Shown: positions 22,875-36,665, counted from the first letter of the stretch. The stretch is 64,000 nt of DNA from Antedon mediterranea (GCF_964355755.1 NC_092670.1:34460388-34524387), one strand, 5' to 3'. Numbers and translations: made by a program. Notes: a model not told the origin generated them from the sequence alone.

Positions 22875-24544
22875 TGTTTACGTTTACTGTATGAAAATTA
22901 AAATATACAATTATAATTATCTAATCTTTACGTATTAAAATGAAATATGTATAGAAAATAATACTGGCGTAATCATAAAATTAAGTTTTTAAACGATTTG
23001 ATATCTCATCGTGCGTCATAATAGCAACATTGAGAATGGTTTATTTAGAGATTAATTAAACAATGGTTGTATTGTTTAGTTTAATGTGAAAACCTACAAT
23101 GGAATCTACTATTTCTCTTGCACTGAGAATTATCCTCGCCGATGTTTTTATAACGCCCGCGTCGACTCTACCTAGGCCTACTCTTTAAAAAATGTGCTAA
23201 TTTACTAGGCCAAAATGGAATATATAAAAGGTAATAAATAAATGAAAATGAAATTTCACTGCATTATACATCTAAAAACAATACCATGATTGAAAATGTA
23301 GGCATTCAACACTTTCATTAGCAGTTTTTAGGACAAGTGAGAACTCTCATCACCTTTGCCGACACATTTCACAAAGTTAATGTGCATTGAATTAAATTGA
23401 CTCATAAAGTGCATTTAAGCGTCATGAACCATATTCTAAAGTGGTTTAAATATAATGCTGATTACTACTGTTTTCTATTGAAAAGACATTGTTGGACAGA
23501 CTACAGTATGTCCAGAAGAAACACGGCCGGCTTACAAAATGCTGGCGCGCAGGGGAAAGATCACCAAAAACCCCGTGCTTTAAACCAAACCAGAGTAACC
23601 GTATCTAAAACTGCCAGACAGCTTCATCTTCACTCCACTCCACTGGAAAACCTGGCTTGTCAAGATACCAGTCAATTTCTGATAAAAACTGTCTCACAAA
23701 TAAAGAATTACCATTCCAACATTACTAACTACACAGTTAGTGTGCTAATTTGAGAAAAGAAGTAAACGGTACTTACACGTGAATTATCAAGACTTTAGCA
23801 ATATACTCAGTATAGCATAGGTAGGCCTAAAATGTTGTCGTCTCACCTCTCGGGCAAATCTTGGTTTTATGTAATTGGTTGGGGAACTTTACAGATGTAT
23901 TAGTGGCTTTTCTCGAAATCCAAATGTTACGTTGATAATTTTATTTAATCCTCCCATTTTGTTTAGAAGAAAAGTAAATTAACTTATGATAATTATGTAA
24001 TTGGCTGTTTTATAAGTCTCACGGCTAGCAATTGTTAATCTATGTATTTAGAGAGATCGTTTCGATTACTTCACAGATGTTTTATAATGTTTTGAAATCA
24101 TTATTTGAACAAAGTATCTGTTAGTAGTTATATTTATGTTGCTAATTGATTTCGTGACACCCAGTGTGTAATTAACTTCGGCAGATGGATCGGCGTCATG
24201 ATAATCTTAAACACGTCATATCATGAACACAAACCAAATAACAAGTAATGAAAATGATAAAAACTGAAATGATGATTTTGTCTTGGAAACATCATCTTCA
24301 TAGACCTACTTACAGCAATTTTTTTTAAATTGCCAAAATATCACTTTTCAAAATTCGATTATTATTGTCATCAAAAATAATAATGTCGAAATTTGCCCAT
24401 TTTTTGACGAAGTCCCTGCGTATATGTTTTTTGATGGTGAAAATATTCACTTTAAAAAGAAGAGACAAAATTTACAGCAAAAAAAAATTCTTCAAATAGT
24501 TGTAGATTCGACATCATTATTATGTTGATTTCATTTTATTCTAT

Positions 24545-25215
24545 TATTTATTTATTAAACGTTATCAATGCATACAGAGACAGCAAAAAGAAAGGGATGA
24601 ACAGGTGACAAGCACCTCTATCCACATCCCCCCTTAACATATACATAACAGTAACAAAAATACATACAAACAAACATACCAACTGAACTATTGATGCCTG
24701 CATCGGTAGCATCGGCAACGTTATATCCACGTGCATGTATTATTTGGGTCAAAATTGTTTTTAAATTTTTCACTGTAAAATTTACAAACAGGCTTATTGA
24801 AAAGTAAATGAGAATTGATAGACCTGATTCGATACGGTAACTGATTCCAAATGGGGATAATCCTTTGAAAATATGATAATTTATGAAATTCAGTTTTACA
24901 CTTTTCGTACATAAGAACATGCTGGTCAGATGCAGTTCTTGTAATTCGACAACCTTCGCTAGAAGAATTAAATTTTACATAGTTATCAATTTGAATATCG
25001 TAATGGCCATATTTGCACTTGTAAAAAAGCTTGAGATCAGCTACTTCTCTTCTGAAAGAAAGCGGTAGGAGATTAAGCTCGTCAAGTCTTTGTTTGTAAT
25101 CGGATTCGGGATAGTAAAGGATAAATTTAGTGGCCCACCGTTGAATTCGTTCCACTTTAATCAAATTACGTTTAGAGGTTCCACTCCAGATAGAGCTACA
25201 ATATTCAAAATGCGG
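24545..25215 (-). mobile_element. 5'-truncated CR1/L2-like LINE 3' end
   Basis: ERIQRWATKFI...YKQRL..LNLLPL..RRE..DL...IWNQLP C-terminal RT-ORF motifs; (AATA)n tail near 24545. Confidence 0.85.
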
Positions 25216-25337
25216 ATAAATTAATTTTTACTCTTAAAAGAATTGAGACCAGTAGTTTATTTAATGTCTATCAGTAAAGCATTCCAGATTTTAGGTCTTT
25301 CAAATATAATAGATAGACTGCATAACCATAATCATGA

Positions 25338-25967
25338 TTAGGCCATATTTATATTTACATAATCATAATCATAATCATCATCGTTGTTGTCATCTGTACT
25401 ACATATTATATTGTTATTTCTCTGCGTTGTTTCAATGTGTTGCATATAGTCCGACTCCTTTTCATTTATTTGAGATTCATTGGTTACATTGAAACTAGTG
25501 TGGCCGTAACAATCATTTGTAAATAGCTCAACTTGTTCTGTTTGATTTGTATGCCTACTATTTAGGCCTACTTTTTGTAAAAGAGGTTCCTTATGTGCTT
25601 GCTTTAATCGCAATACTTCTGCTGTATGTTTCCTTAGAGAAGGTTGATCTTCATCATATGTAACGCCATCTCTTCGTTGTTTGACTTTTGTTTTGTTCTT
25701 GATTCCAGTTTTTGATTTATTATCGTAGAATATTTTCAGTACACCAAGCAATACAATAACAACAACCAGCAACAGGATTCCAAGTATTATAATGACTAAA
25801 TCTTTTAAATATTCATCGTAATTGAATATGCTCAATATATCGTTTGACGAGTTACATTTCGTTCGATAAGTGCCGGTCACCATGTTCTCTGTTGACACGC
25901 CAACATCACTAGAGTTCATATTTGTTGTCATTTTTACTTTTAAAATTCGAAAGTAGTACAAACTCAC
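25338..25967 (-). CDS. Short-tail receptor paralogue (stalk, TM and short tail); ectodomain upstream decayed
   Basis: TM LVIIILGILLLVVVIVLLGVL homologous to the 900-aa gene; one tail repeat; acidic YDYDYV end. May be a pseudogene. Confidence 0.6.
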   Translation of the reverse strand: MSLYYFRILKVKMTTNMNSSDVGVSTENMVTGTYRTKCNSSNDILSIFNYDEYLKDLVIIILGILLLVVVIVLLGVLKIFYDNKSKTGIKNKTKVKQRRDGVTYDEDQPSLRKHTAEVLRLKQAHKEPLLQKVGLNSRHTNQTEQVELFTNDCYGHTSFNVTNESQINEKESDYMQHIETTQRNNNIICSTDDNNDDDYDYDYVNINMA

Positions 25968-26950
25968 CAGACACTAACGTATATTTCCATTCAAATTAGA
26001 TGTCAAACTCTCTAACCACCACACTGCAATGTTCGCTACCAACAGTGTCAAATCAAAGTTTCAAATTGTTGGTAAACCTTTAGAATGATTCTCCAGTATG
26101 GTACAAAACTCTTATATTCTACGGTTTTTATACAATTGCTATTTCTTCCTCCCCTAAGAATTGTCCTAAACCTCTCTGGATATTTAATCATGTAGGCCTA
26201 CAGTATGTAACACTGAATGTTAATTATATAAATAACTGCTGATTACCATCATCCAGGCATGTGTATACATCTTATTCATTATTGTTTCATTTTCATTTTG
26301 TTATTTTGATAATATTTTTGATTGGTTTTAAAAGTTTACTGAGTTTTGTTCAGAAAATAGTAATTATAGAGATTTGTTTACCTTAAAAATGGAATCATAT
26401 TTGTAAAAAAAAATGTTACTGTATAATGACAGATTGTAAAGATACATTGGCTTTATGGTTTCGGAAAGATAAAGTAACAGAAATGTTAAAGTTTTACAAA
26501 TTTAGTCTTGATAACTTTTGAATTTTCAACAGTTGAAACTTGAATAATCTTTTTTAGATTCAAAGTAGGCCTACAAAAATTGTATTGATCCGGCATCTGT
26601 TTGGTATTTAACGGTTCTTTTTTGTCTGTTTGCATTCGAAGCTTACTTTTGTCTCTATAATTTAGGCATACCTTGAACCAATTTTCAGTACTCGCCAGAT
26701 GCTCCACTGTAATAACTAGTTGACAATCCATAGCACATCTCACTGCAATGTCTTTTGAATTCAAACTGTAGCTACACAATAAAAGCAATGTTCGCATCCA
26801 TGTGTCTCTTTGTTAAAGTCTTGATTTTTTGCCAGTTAGGCTATAGTTGGCTTTCATGGCCGCTGCTCCCTTTGTGATGTACTCTACAGTACACACATAC
26901 AATTCTCAATGTGCGCTCAGTTTATTGTATAATGTCTTATTGTAATCACA
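25968..26950 (-). pseudogene. Decayed Ig-like ectodomain of the short-tail paralogue
   Basis: Patches match the 900-aa gene (gtagctacacaataaaagcaatgttc at ~26768 vs ~16474; catgtgtata at ~26258 vs ~16942), but there is no continuous ORF. Confidence 0.6.
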
Positions 26951-28339
26951 ATCATAAAATGATCTGCAGTAAAATTTTTGACAATCAGTAAACTGATCAC
27001 CAGAAGACTTTTTAACCTTGTTTTTCATCCATTTATTCATAATAAGGTTAGGCAATCTAACATTTTGAGTGAAACAAATTGCAAACAGAGATTACAGGGT
27101 AACCATATCTCAAAAACTACTAGTCAGGGAAAATTGATATTTTCAATGATTTATTCAAAATGTGTATATTTATATTTACTCTAATAAACCATTTTTACGA
27201 CAAAATGGCCGGTAGTACGACATTTGACCATCGACACAAAATGTATGTAAAATACAGAACTACATTGCAATAGATTTTTACATGATAAAGACACACTTTC
27301 GCATGATAAGCAACCAAAATAGAAAGTAGATATATTGTCTTTCTTATTGATGATATAGCTTTACTTCATAAACACAGCGTGATAAACAATAAGCAATAAC
27401 AAGTACATGCATTTTGTTTTTACACATTTCCAATAGGATCCATTTTTCAACTAGTTTCATCGATATATCGGTCATTCATGCGTTCATAGTAATATAAGTG
27501 CATTAACATTGATTACGTCATAGGCTATTATTGAGATGTTTTCGAGAGAAACCGTAAGACTTTGGGAGTAATTTCTAATGAAAAACAGGCAAATTTCGAG
27601 CTAGATTCGAATGGACCGATAGTTTAAATTTTGTTTTTAATGCACATTTTCAAAGAAATCGAATTATACATATTATATTAATTTATTTATTTATTTTCAA
27701 TCTTTCTACATAGCAAAAAAAACCAAACATATAAGTATAATTTCATCTTGTGATGTGCTTTACCAGCCCCTGTCAACTTGAACGATACAATAAAACCGAC
27801 ATTTAACAAATTTAGAAAAATACATAGAAAAATATGGTATAATAAAATGTTAACAAAAGTGTTATAAAAATGCAATTGCTATCTGAACAATCTGATTGTG
27901 TAAAAGTTAAAAATTCTGATTAATTTAATTTTTAGTAAACATAGTTTACAACTTGCTTTGTATTGAAACGATATATAGTCAAAATAGGGATATAAACGTT
28001 TTCGATCATCGAAACGGTCGCATTTTGACCAATCACGTTATCGAATTTACATATGGCCAAGTTATAATATAATTATGATACGAAAATAAACTGAAATGTT
28101 TGCCTTTAATCACATAAGTTTCGAGGATATTGGACATATTGTATCCGTCAAAAAACCGAACATAAATAATTATCATCTTCACATCTCTTTTGAGAGAATA
28201 CATTTAAATGTCAGTTTATTATTGAATGTATTATTGTTCCGCATTCTTATTCAGATGATATTTCAAAATATTGTATCATTATCATTGCGTCTGTACAACT
28301 ATAGTGTCGTCTTTATCCTCTATTTCTTTTTTTGGCAGT

Positions 28340-29800
28340 TTAGGATTCATTGGTCACATTGAAGCTACAGCCGTAATATTCATTTGTGAAGAGCTCAAAA
28401 CGTTCTGTGTTATATGTTACATTTTGCGAGGTATGTACCTTATCTGCTTCCTCATCTTTAATGCTATATAGGCCTACACCTTCAGATTGTTCTACCTTTA
28501 TACTTTCCTTCGTAGATTCATTATCTTGCTTCGGTCTCATTACATTTGTCAGTTTACTTGTTGAAGGCTGATCACTTTCATCAATACTTGTATAGACATC
28601 GTTAGTTTGTACTACTGTTGTAGGCCTACTTTCCTTCATAGACTCAAACGATTCATTATCTTGCGTTGGTCTCACTACGTTTGTCAGTTTACTTGTTGAA
28701 GGCTGATCACTTTCATCAATACTTGTATATACATATTTATTTTGTGCTACTTTTGTAGGCCTACTTTCCTTCATAGACTCATATGGTTCATTGTCTTCTT
28801 GCTGTCTCACTACTTTCGTCAGTATACTTTCATTAATACTGGTATATACATCTTCAGCCTGTTCAACATTAAGTTCTATTGGAAATTGTGCTTTTGCCTT
28901 TTTATTTGTTGAAGGTTGATGGTGATCATCATCATCGTCAAAAACAACCATATAATATACGTCTTCAAATGGTTTCACTTTTGTATTTTCTTCGGTAGAT
29001 TTAGTTGATTCATTATCTGCTTGATTTGGTTTTGCAACGTCTGGCTGACTATGATATGTTGAACGTTGATAATCATCATCTGCAATGCTATAGTATATGT
29101 CTTCAGATTGTTTCACATTCGTATTGAAGGATTCATCTGTTTGCTCTGGTTTTGCAGTATCTACCTGTCGATTGGCTGAAAGTCGATTGTCACTGTTTCT
29201 AATGACATAATATATGTTTTCAGATGGTTCTTCTTTTGTGCTTTCTTTTTTAAATCTGGACGGCTCGTTGTCTGCTTGATTAGGTCTTACCGCTTTCTCA
29301 TGTCTCCTTGTTGAAGATTGATCTTTCTCATCTGAAATTCTATAATATATATCTTCAGATCGTTCCGCTGATTTACTATTATTTGAAAGTAAAAGATTTG
29401 AAAATGATTTAAAAGATTCGTTGTCTGCTGCCCTTGGTTTCACAACCTCTGCTCGTCTACTTGCTGAAGTTTCATTATCACCATCATCTTTATTTCCACA
29501 ATACCTGTATACGGATTTATGATGCTTTACTCTTGTTTTGTCGTGGTTCATTCCAGTGTTTGTCTTCTCATCGTGGAATCTTTTCAGTACATAAAGCAAT
29601 ACAACTATAACAACCAGCAACAGGAGTCCAAGTATTATGATGCTGAAATCTTTTAAATCTTGGTCGCAATTGACTTTTCTGAACTGTTGGAATATGTCTG
29701 TATCATGGTGGCCTGATACAGTTGTCTCTGTTATATTGTTTACTTCAAATTCTACAGAATCTGTATGATGGTTGGCGGTTATCATTTTGTCTGTTGGCAT
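28340..29800 (-). CDS. Long-tail receptor paralogue (stalk, TM and tyrosine-repeat tail), lacking ectodomain
   Basis: 486-aa open frame; TM identical to the 900-aa gene; EDIYYRI, ENIYYVI, EDIYYSI, EDVYYMV, EDVYTSI, KYVYTSI, NDVYTSI. May be a pseudogene. Confidence 0.65.
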   Translation of the reverse strand: MPTDKMITANHHTDSVEFEVNNITETTVSGHHDTDIFQQFRKVNCDQDLKDFSIIILGLLLLVVIVVLLYVLKRFHDEKTNTGMNHDKTRVKHHKSVYRYCGNKDDGDNETSASRRAEVVKPRAADNESFKSFSNLLLSNNSKSAERSEDIYYRISDEKDQSSTRRHEKAVRPNQADNEPSRFKKESTKEEPSENIYYVIRNSDNRLSANRQVDTAKPEQTDESFNTNVKQSEDIYYSIADDDYQRSTYHSQPDVAKPNQADNESTKSTEENTKVKPFEDVYYMVVFDDDDDHHQPSTNKKAKAQFPIELNVEQAEDVYTSINESILTKVVRQQEDNEPYESMKESRPTKVAQNKYVYTSIDESDQPSTSKLTNVVRPTQDNESFESMKESRPTTVVQTNDVYTSIDESDQPSTSKLTNVMRPKQDNESTKESIKVEQSEGVGLYSIKDEEADKVHTSQNVTYNTERFELFTNEYYGCSFNVTNES

Positions 29801-30580
29801 AAGTCTACCCTCATTCCAAGAGCTTGCCTGTATCTCTGTTATATCGTTTACTTCAAATTCTACAGTATCTGACGTGTGCTAAATAGCTGATGTAAGATCT
29901 GGGTTAGCAGTTATCATTTTGTTGGTACCGTCATCCCTGGGGTCGGTTGTGTAATGGCTTAATGGTGATTTGGAGTAACACTTTAAATACCAACAGACAA
30001 ATCATGAAAGCATTACTCTGTGGCAGTATTGTGAAAGTTTCCATTCAATATCTATTTATACGTAGGCCTACTTTGACCAACTCAAACCATAAAGCTACAC
30101 AATAAAATATGCTCTCCACCACCAGTTTCTTAAGTCAAATTGTTACCACTAATTATTTCTATATTCTGAATCGTTTAAGTTCTCTCCAGAAGAACAATAA
30201 AAGAAAATTCCATCGGGGTCTTTGAAAGATTTAACATTCACTGTCATTGAGATATCTGTGTAAGTTGATTATCCTCGTCCCGGCCTATCTATATTCCTTC
30301 ATCGTTATTTTTATAGTGAAAGATGGAAAGTACGTATTTCTTGAAAGTTTTTTTCAGAGAATGTTTGGTAGTAATTGAATAGCTATAACCATCTTGTCCA
30401 TTTATTCCGTACGTTTTATGTGATCGTATGAGCCATATTTAACAAAGTAAAAATCAAATTTTAACAGGCTTTTCATGTTCTTCAGTTATATCTAACAATC
30501 AACTGATCAGAAGACACAGATTAAACACGATATATTGTAGAACGTTGTAGAGCATGTGATAATTCCTTGGTTTCGTGTCC
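29801..30580 (-). pseudogene. Decayed signal/Ig-like ectodomain of the long-tail paralogue
   Basis: Collinear with ~16140-17320 but shorter, with an in-frame TAG near 29880 and several indels. Confidence 0.8.
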
Positions 30581-32283
30581 ATCTGATCAATATTGATATC
30601 AAAATAAACTTTTCAAAGAACTATTTACTAAGCAAAATCTTTCAAATGATAAACAATCAGAAATAGAAAGTATAAACTTTCTTTTTATAGATATTTATGT
30701 ATCAATCAATCAATTAAATAAATTAGACATAACTTCAATCTTGTTCTCTGCTGAAAGATTCTATTCAATTAGTGTCAATTAACATGATGATTGCATACGT
30801 CACGTGTCCATCATTTGAAAGTGATACTATTGTTTCATTTTGTAATTTCTTTGGATAAGTTTTGTGGAAGGTATCGATCTTTGTATTTTATTGATATTTG
30901 TAGTTGATAAACTAATAAAATAAATGATTATAAAAACATTCAAATTCCCTATTACAAATTGTGTCGCTATGAACTTTCACAGATATTTATAGTCCTTAAA
31001 GTTCTGGCACAAGCCTTACTTTGGTTACAGCATCATGGATGTATTAAAAAATATTTTAATACACCAATGATAAATAGTTTTCATAATTGTAATAAAAATT
31101 GTACTGCGGGTAAAATTAGATTTTCACACAACCTCTGGAATTCGATATCTTTACACATTTGTATGAATATTACAACGAAGTTGTTATACATTGAACACAT
31201 TGAGCAAGCCAAACATCTACAATGCCATACCTGCCATTTCACATACAGTACTGACGGGTCCTAAGCTCACGCAAGGACTCGAAGGACGTATTTTTATATT
31301 TAAGGTATACAAATTATATTGTCAGTTAGTTCTATTCATAGCGTCAGAATCAATCACACTAAAACAACTAAAAAACACTAAATTATAAATGGTTTCGAAA
31401 AATAAACTTAGGCCTAAGCATTAGATTAGAAAAAAATATTTGTAAGCCTAAATGATAAAGATGACACAAATAAAATATGACATTACATATTAGGTAAACC
31501 GAAACATTTACAGATGGACTACGAATACAATTATACTTAATTAAACAGCCATTAAATCCATTAATCTAGACATTGACGTTACGCTTAAACAAAAAGAAAA
31601 AATATATTTATTTATTTATTTTTTATTTCAAAAATATTACGAGGGTGGTCTATCCACCCGACGCTCATTAGGGACCTCACAAAAATACAATATGACGAGA
31701 CATAAACATGTATTAGTCACTCAGGTGATATTACAGCTCATGTGTTTTGATATACACAAAATGTAAAAATATAAAAAGTAAAATAAATAAATAAATAAAT
31801 GCGATGGACACCGCAAACGAAAACAAGATTAACAGTAGTTCCACCGCCTTACATCGACCCGTCAACGGAAAACAATATAAGCCTATTCTATTAAGAATGT
31901 GAATTAAATTTAATATTTCTAATATATTGTATCATTATTTATGACTAATCATATTTTGCGTGATAGCAACTGATCGCGTGCTGACTGGATTAAAACAAGT
32001 GTTTTTATGGCTTCTCATGACGCTGTCTGGGCCACACAGGCCCGCCCTATCACACCGCCTCTTTACGCACGTCACATGATGTGAAATCATAACAATATTA
32101 ACATCCTGAATATCAAGGTTAGTGATTGGAGGATGTATTTGTTATATCCTGGTATTGCAATGAAAGGAGGCGGAGTTATCCTGGAATAATGAAATATGTA
32201 CACGCTTGGTGATGATTTAATATTTCAACCATGGAGAAAAAAGTATTTCTCTATGTTTCAACATAGTGTGATCACCACAGATA

Positions 32284-32705
32284 TAGTTTTAATTAGAAAG
32301 TTTAGTGATTACGTATTAAGAAAAATAGGTCATGTTACCTATATTATGCCTAACCTATATTATAAGTCACGACTATCATACAAACAAACCTTGTAGCCTA
32401 TAGGGCCTATACAAAACTATAATTGACAAATTAGTTTAAATTAGAAAGTTTAGTGATTACGTATTAAGAAATAGGTCATGTGACCTATATTATATATAAC
32501 CTATATTATAAGTCACGACTAACATACAAACTTTGTATAAGGCCTATACAATAATTGACAGATTAGTTTAAATTAGAAATTTTGGTGATTACGTATTAAG
32601 AAATAGGTCATCTTACCTATATTATATATATAGACCTATATTATAAGTCACGATTAACATGCAAATAAACTTTGTTAGGGCCTATACAACTATAATTGGC
32701 AAATT
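32284..32705. repeat. Tandem repeat, ~130-150-bp unit, 3 copies
   Basis: tagttt.aattagaaagtttagtgattacgtattaagaaataggtcat...acctatattataagtcacga repeated three times. Confidence 0.85.
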
Positions 32706-33741
32706 ATGAAAATGATTAATATGGTAACGAAAAGCCAATGGTAATAATATTACCATTGATTTTTAGTGACCATTATTAATCATATTACAGTACTGGGGCC
32801 TACATAATGAATATCAAGAATATACAGTTGTAAAGAGGATTCTAAAAAGAGAGTTCTTTCTCTTTCTTATTTAAGTAAATACGAATAATAGTTAAATAAT
32901 ATTCTAAATTAAAAAAATAAGAAATAAAACCCACTTTTGAAAGACAATATTTTTTTTTAAGTGTGCGTGTAAATTTGGTTCAACAGAAGATAAAACAAAG
33001 CCGCAAAACATTTTAGTAATGAATGCTTCAACAAACAATTGCTTAAAATTACCAAAAAAATACTTTTTTAATTGTTAAAAAAGTTCACGCTTCCTTATTG
33101 AATTACAATGCTTCCAAAAATAATATGCTATAAATATAAATTATACGACGAAATTGCAACTAAAAGTAAACGATACAAATATTAAACTAATAATTAGTAT
33201 CAACAATTGTACTGTTTCGAAGAAAACTCTCACAATCGCTAGTACGGTCATGACTTTTCAATCGATTTCTCTTCCGTGTTGAAGCCGAAACAGAAGATAT
33301 GATGGAAAACTTAAAAAATGAAAAAAACATAGTAACCTGCAACGATTACGCGTTTACAGGTCTAGTACTACGTCATCAAACCAATGTAATTATGAATAGT
33401 TTGGTTGAACAAACAACGGCAGAATAATAACCTCTGTTTATTAATAATAAAGTTTAGCTTACCCGGTTGTTCTTTCCACTACATCATAGACTACAAGGTA
33501 CAAAACAACAACAAAATGATAGAATGCATGGACAGCTAAAACAAAGGCACCTGTCATCTATAGAAATGCAAATGAGCTTTCCTAAGCGAAGAAAGCAGAA
33601 AGGTGGCAGCAAACTATCTCAAGGAGTGAACTATATTAAATGTATACAATTTTAAAGCCAACAACATCAAACAATTTTAGCTCCAACAGTTACATTATTA
33701 TTCATAATATGTAATAATGTATATTCTTATTGTACTTTATT

Positions 33742-34434
33742 TACCTCCGCCAAAGAGGTATATGTAATCGATCGCGTGTGTTTGTCTGTTTGTTTGTTAG
33801 CAGGATTACTCAAAAATAATTACAAGGTCTTTACCAAAATGAATTTACAGATAGATATGTGGTCAAGGACCATTCCATTAAATTTTGGGACCATTTCGGA
33901 CCACGGTCCCAATTCTGAACCCCTTTTTAGTATACTTTTCAGACCTGCTAGTGTTAAAAGATAGGACAAAATTTTTCAAAAGCCGGCGAGCAGTCTTAAA
34001 GTAACAAGTAAACTGTAATTGCATTTTCTCGAAAACTACTTGTCCAAAAAACTTCATTTTTGTACAAGAAGCAAGAGTTATAATTTCTGATTTGTAATTT
34101 TAAAACATAATTTTATTTAATGTGCACGTTTTTTTATGCGAGTAGTTTAAAAAACCTATTTCTTTTCAAATTCACTCGTTTGATTTTCGCGTTGCTGTTC
34201 TATTGTTAGCCAACTGAAGCTATTGTTGTTGAAAGGCTTGTTACATAACCATTTCACCAAACTCGCATACACCATGGAGGTATACCTCCATGCATACACA
34301 TGCTTGTATTTAAATTAGCCTAAATCAGAAACAGCATTAAGACACACACAAATATATAAATATATATATATCTTTTTTACCGGAGAAATCTTATGGAGAA
34401 TTTTACAGTAGGCACTCTCGGAGTGTCTTTCTAG
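33742..34434 (+). mobile_element. Non-autonomous Helentron/DINE-like element
   Basis: 5' TTACCTCCGCCAAAGAGGTA hairpin, gtttgtctgtttgtttgttag microsatellite, 3' hairpin gcactctcggagtgt and CTAG followed by TT. Confidence 0.75.
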
Positions 34435-36665
34435 TTATTGTCATTTATTTGTCTTCATCATTAATATAGCTTAATTAAATAAATTTCGTAGCTTAAGTTA
34501 GTTAAGATAAAAGGTACCAAGCTTGATTAGCTTCGGCTATACCTTGGCTACCTTTTGTATTAAAATTGTTTTGTTTGATACAATAAAGAAGAAGTACTGT
34601 ACTCTGCAGAACCATTCCATGGAAAGTCTGAGTTTATGAAGATAATCTTATTTGGTTCATGTTTCGTTTTAGGCATATTATGTTTGATGAAGCAAGTGAA
34701 TTGATTGTTTGAATTTTGTTTATAGAAGCCCTATATTTTCATAGAAAATGGACAGCGCCACCTATATATTGAGTTATACCTTTATTTGTTTAGTAAAGTA
34801 TTATAGTTATTACCGGTGATGATATGAATAATTGTAAGCAACAAACAGGAAGTGACATCAACCACAAAATATAATCCGAATAAATATTTTTAATATCATA
34901 AGCCTTGCACAATATTGTATATTTATTTGTATAGTTTACATATAGTATCAAGGACAATACACAATAATACATATTATAAAAAATAAATAAAAAGCAGACT
35001 TTACCAATAAAAACAATTGGAAAATACAATAGTATTATAATAAAAATAATTATGAAATATATAGCACAGGAATTAGTAATAAAATAATAATGTATTTGTA
35101 TACAGTATATTCATATTTTATCACTTTTTATATCACTTGCTGAAAAGCTTACAGCTTATGTGACCAATCGCATGTCATATACAAGTTGTCTTTTCTGCTG
35201 GGAATGCAATAGAGAATTATGTATGTAAATATATTGGAAAAATTATTGTTGGAAAAAGAATGAAAGTATAAATGTGTAAAAACATGTTAAATGTCCTTTA
35301 CTTGAGGTATCTTATCTAATTAAGTAATATAAAAAGCAAAGGATAAAAGAAAATATAAAAATAAATTTAATCATATAGTGTTACAAAAATACTATGTGAC
35401 ACTAGATTAAGAATATAATATCAAAATCCTTAAGTTTATTAATGGACCTATATATCTATGGTTTATTCAATATGGCAGTGTATAATAATGTTCCATTGTT
35501 CCTATACAATATATATATGGTACTATAATAGTTTACATAATTGAACAACAATAATATAATAACAATATTAATAATTATAATAACAGGTGTCACTTTTTTA
35601 CACACTTTTTGTAGTATAAAAAGCAAAGGATAAAGAAAATATAAAAATAAATGTGATCAAAAAGTGTAAAAAGACTATGTGACACTAGATTAAGAACATA
35701 AATATCAAAATATTAAGCTTTACTTAATAATGGCAGTGTGTAATGTTGCATTGTTTCTCATAATTTTAATTAATCCATTATAGTATAGTAATACATCTTA
35801 CATTTGTAATTGACCAATAGCATAATAATAAATAAGTAAGTAAGTCTCAGGTTGTCCAGTTTCTGGAGAGTTAACAGTACTGTGAAAGTAAAATGTTAAG
35901 CTAATAAACGGGTCATGATAGGGTGGAAGAATAAAAGGCAGAAGAGCATTCAAAACTGCCATTTTTATAATACAATCCCACTCCCCCTGCTTTTGAATTA
36001 AAAAATCCATTTTCAAATTATTTTCTCTATATGTTGATATAAAGTTTGCGGTGTAAATTATTTTTAACAACTGCGTGGAAAGAACGCCACAAAATTTATA
36101 ATATCCGTCCATAACACAATCTTTTACTTTTCGCTCAAATGTATTAAATGTATTTTTATAACCTAATGTGTATATACTTTTTAATGTAATAATTTATAAT
36201 GTTTGTATTTGATTGTGTAGTAAGATAAGTCCATATTTATTTTTTTTTTGTTGCACATCTCTTGAGAATTGTGCCTCTGTTATAAAAGAGAAAAAATAAA
36301 GTTATTACATTATTATTACCACATATAGTTCTGAAAAGAATTGTTGAGTTTCTCAACGTTTCGATCAATATGCTTTGATTGTCCCCAGGAGTGAGAATTA
36401 ACTAAAATACGTGGTGTAAATTTGAATTCGCCATGCAAACCTTCAAACAATATTTTCTATATACATACATGTCAAATTCAGATCTCTTGTAATTCGATAT
36501 AATATTTTATTCATGCTATTAAGCAGACACAAATATATAATATATGACAACTTTTAGACAGGTCCTACATAGAGAAAGCAAACAACCCAATTTGACCCAA
36601 GCATATACCTTCACCCCACTACTGTAGAACGCAAAATTGTTTCAAGTTTGAGAGATAATAAGCTT

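Larger units (their letters stand above)
27280..31240. repeat. Segmental duplicate of ~13750-17885, including gene flanks
   Basis: Shared flanks such as ctttcgcatgata...aatagaaag (13770/27296), ctttcaaatgataaacaatcagaaata (17388/30639) and tgagcaagccaaacatct.caatgccatacc (17850/31201). Confidence 0.85.

Noticed and set aside
36607-36622. ccttcaccccactact resembling the right Polinton end at 13646-13662
   Set aside because: Only ~16 bp with no further homology; treated as chance, though it slightly weakens the right-end call.
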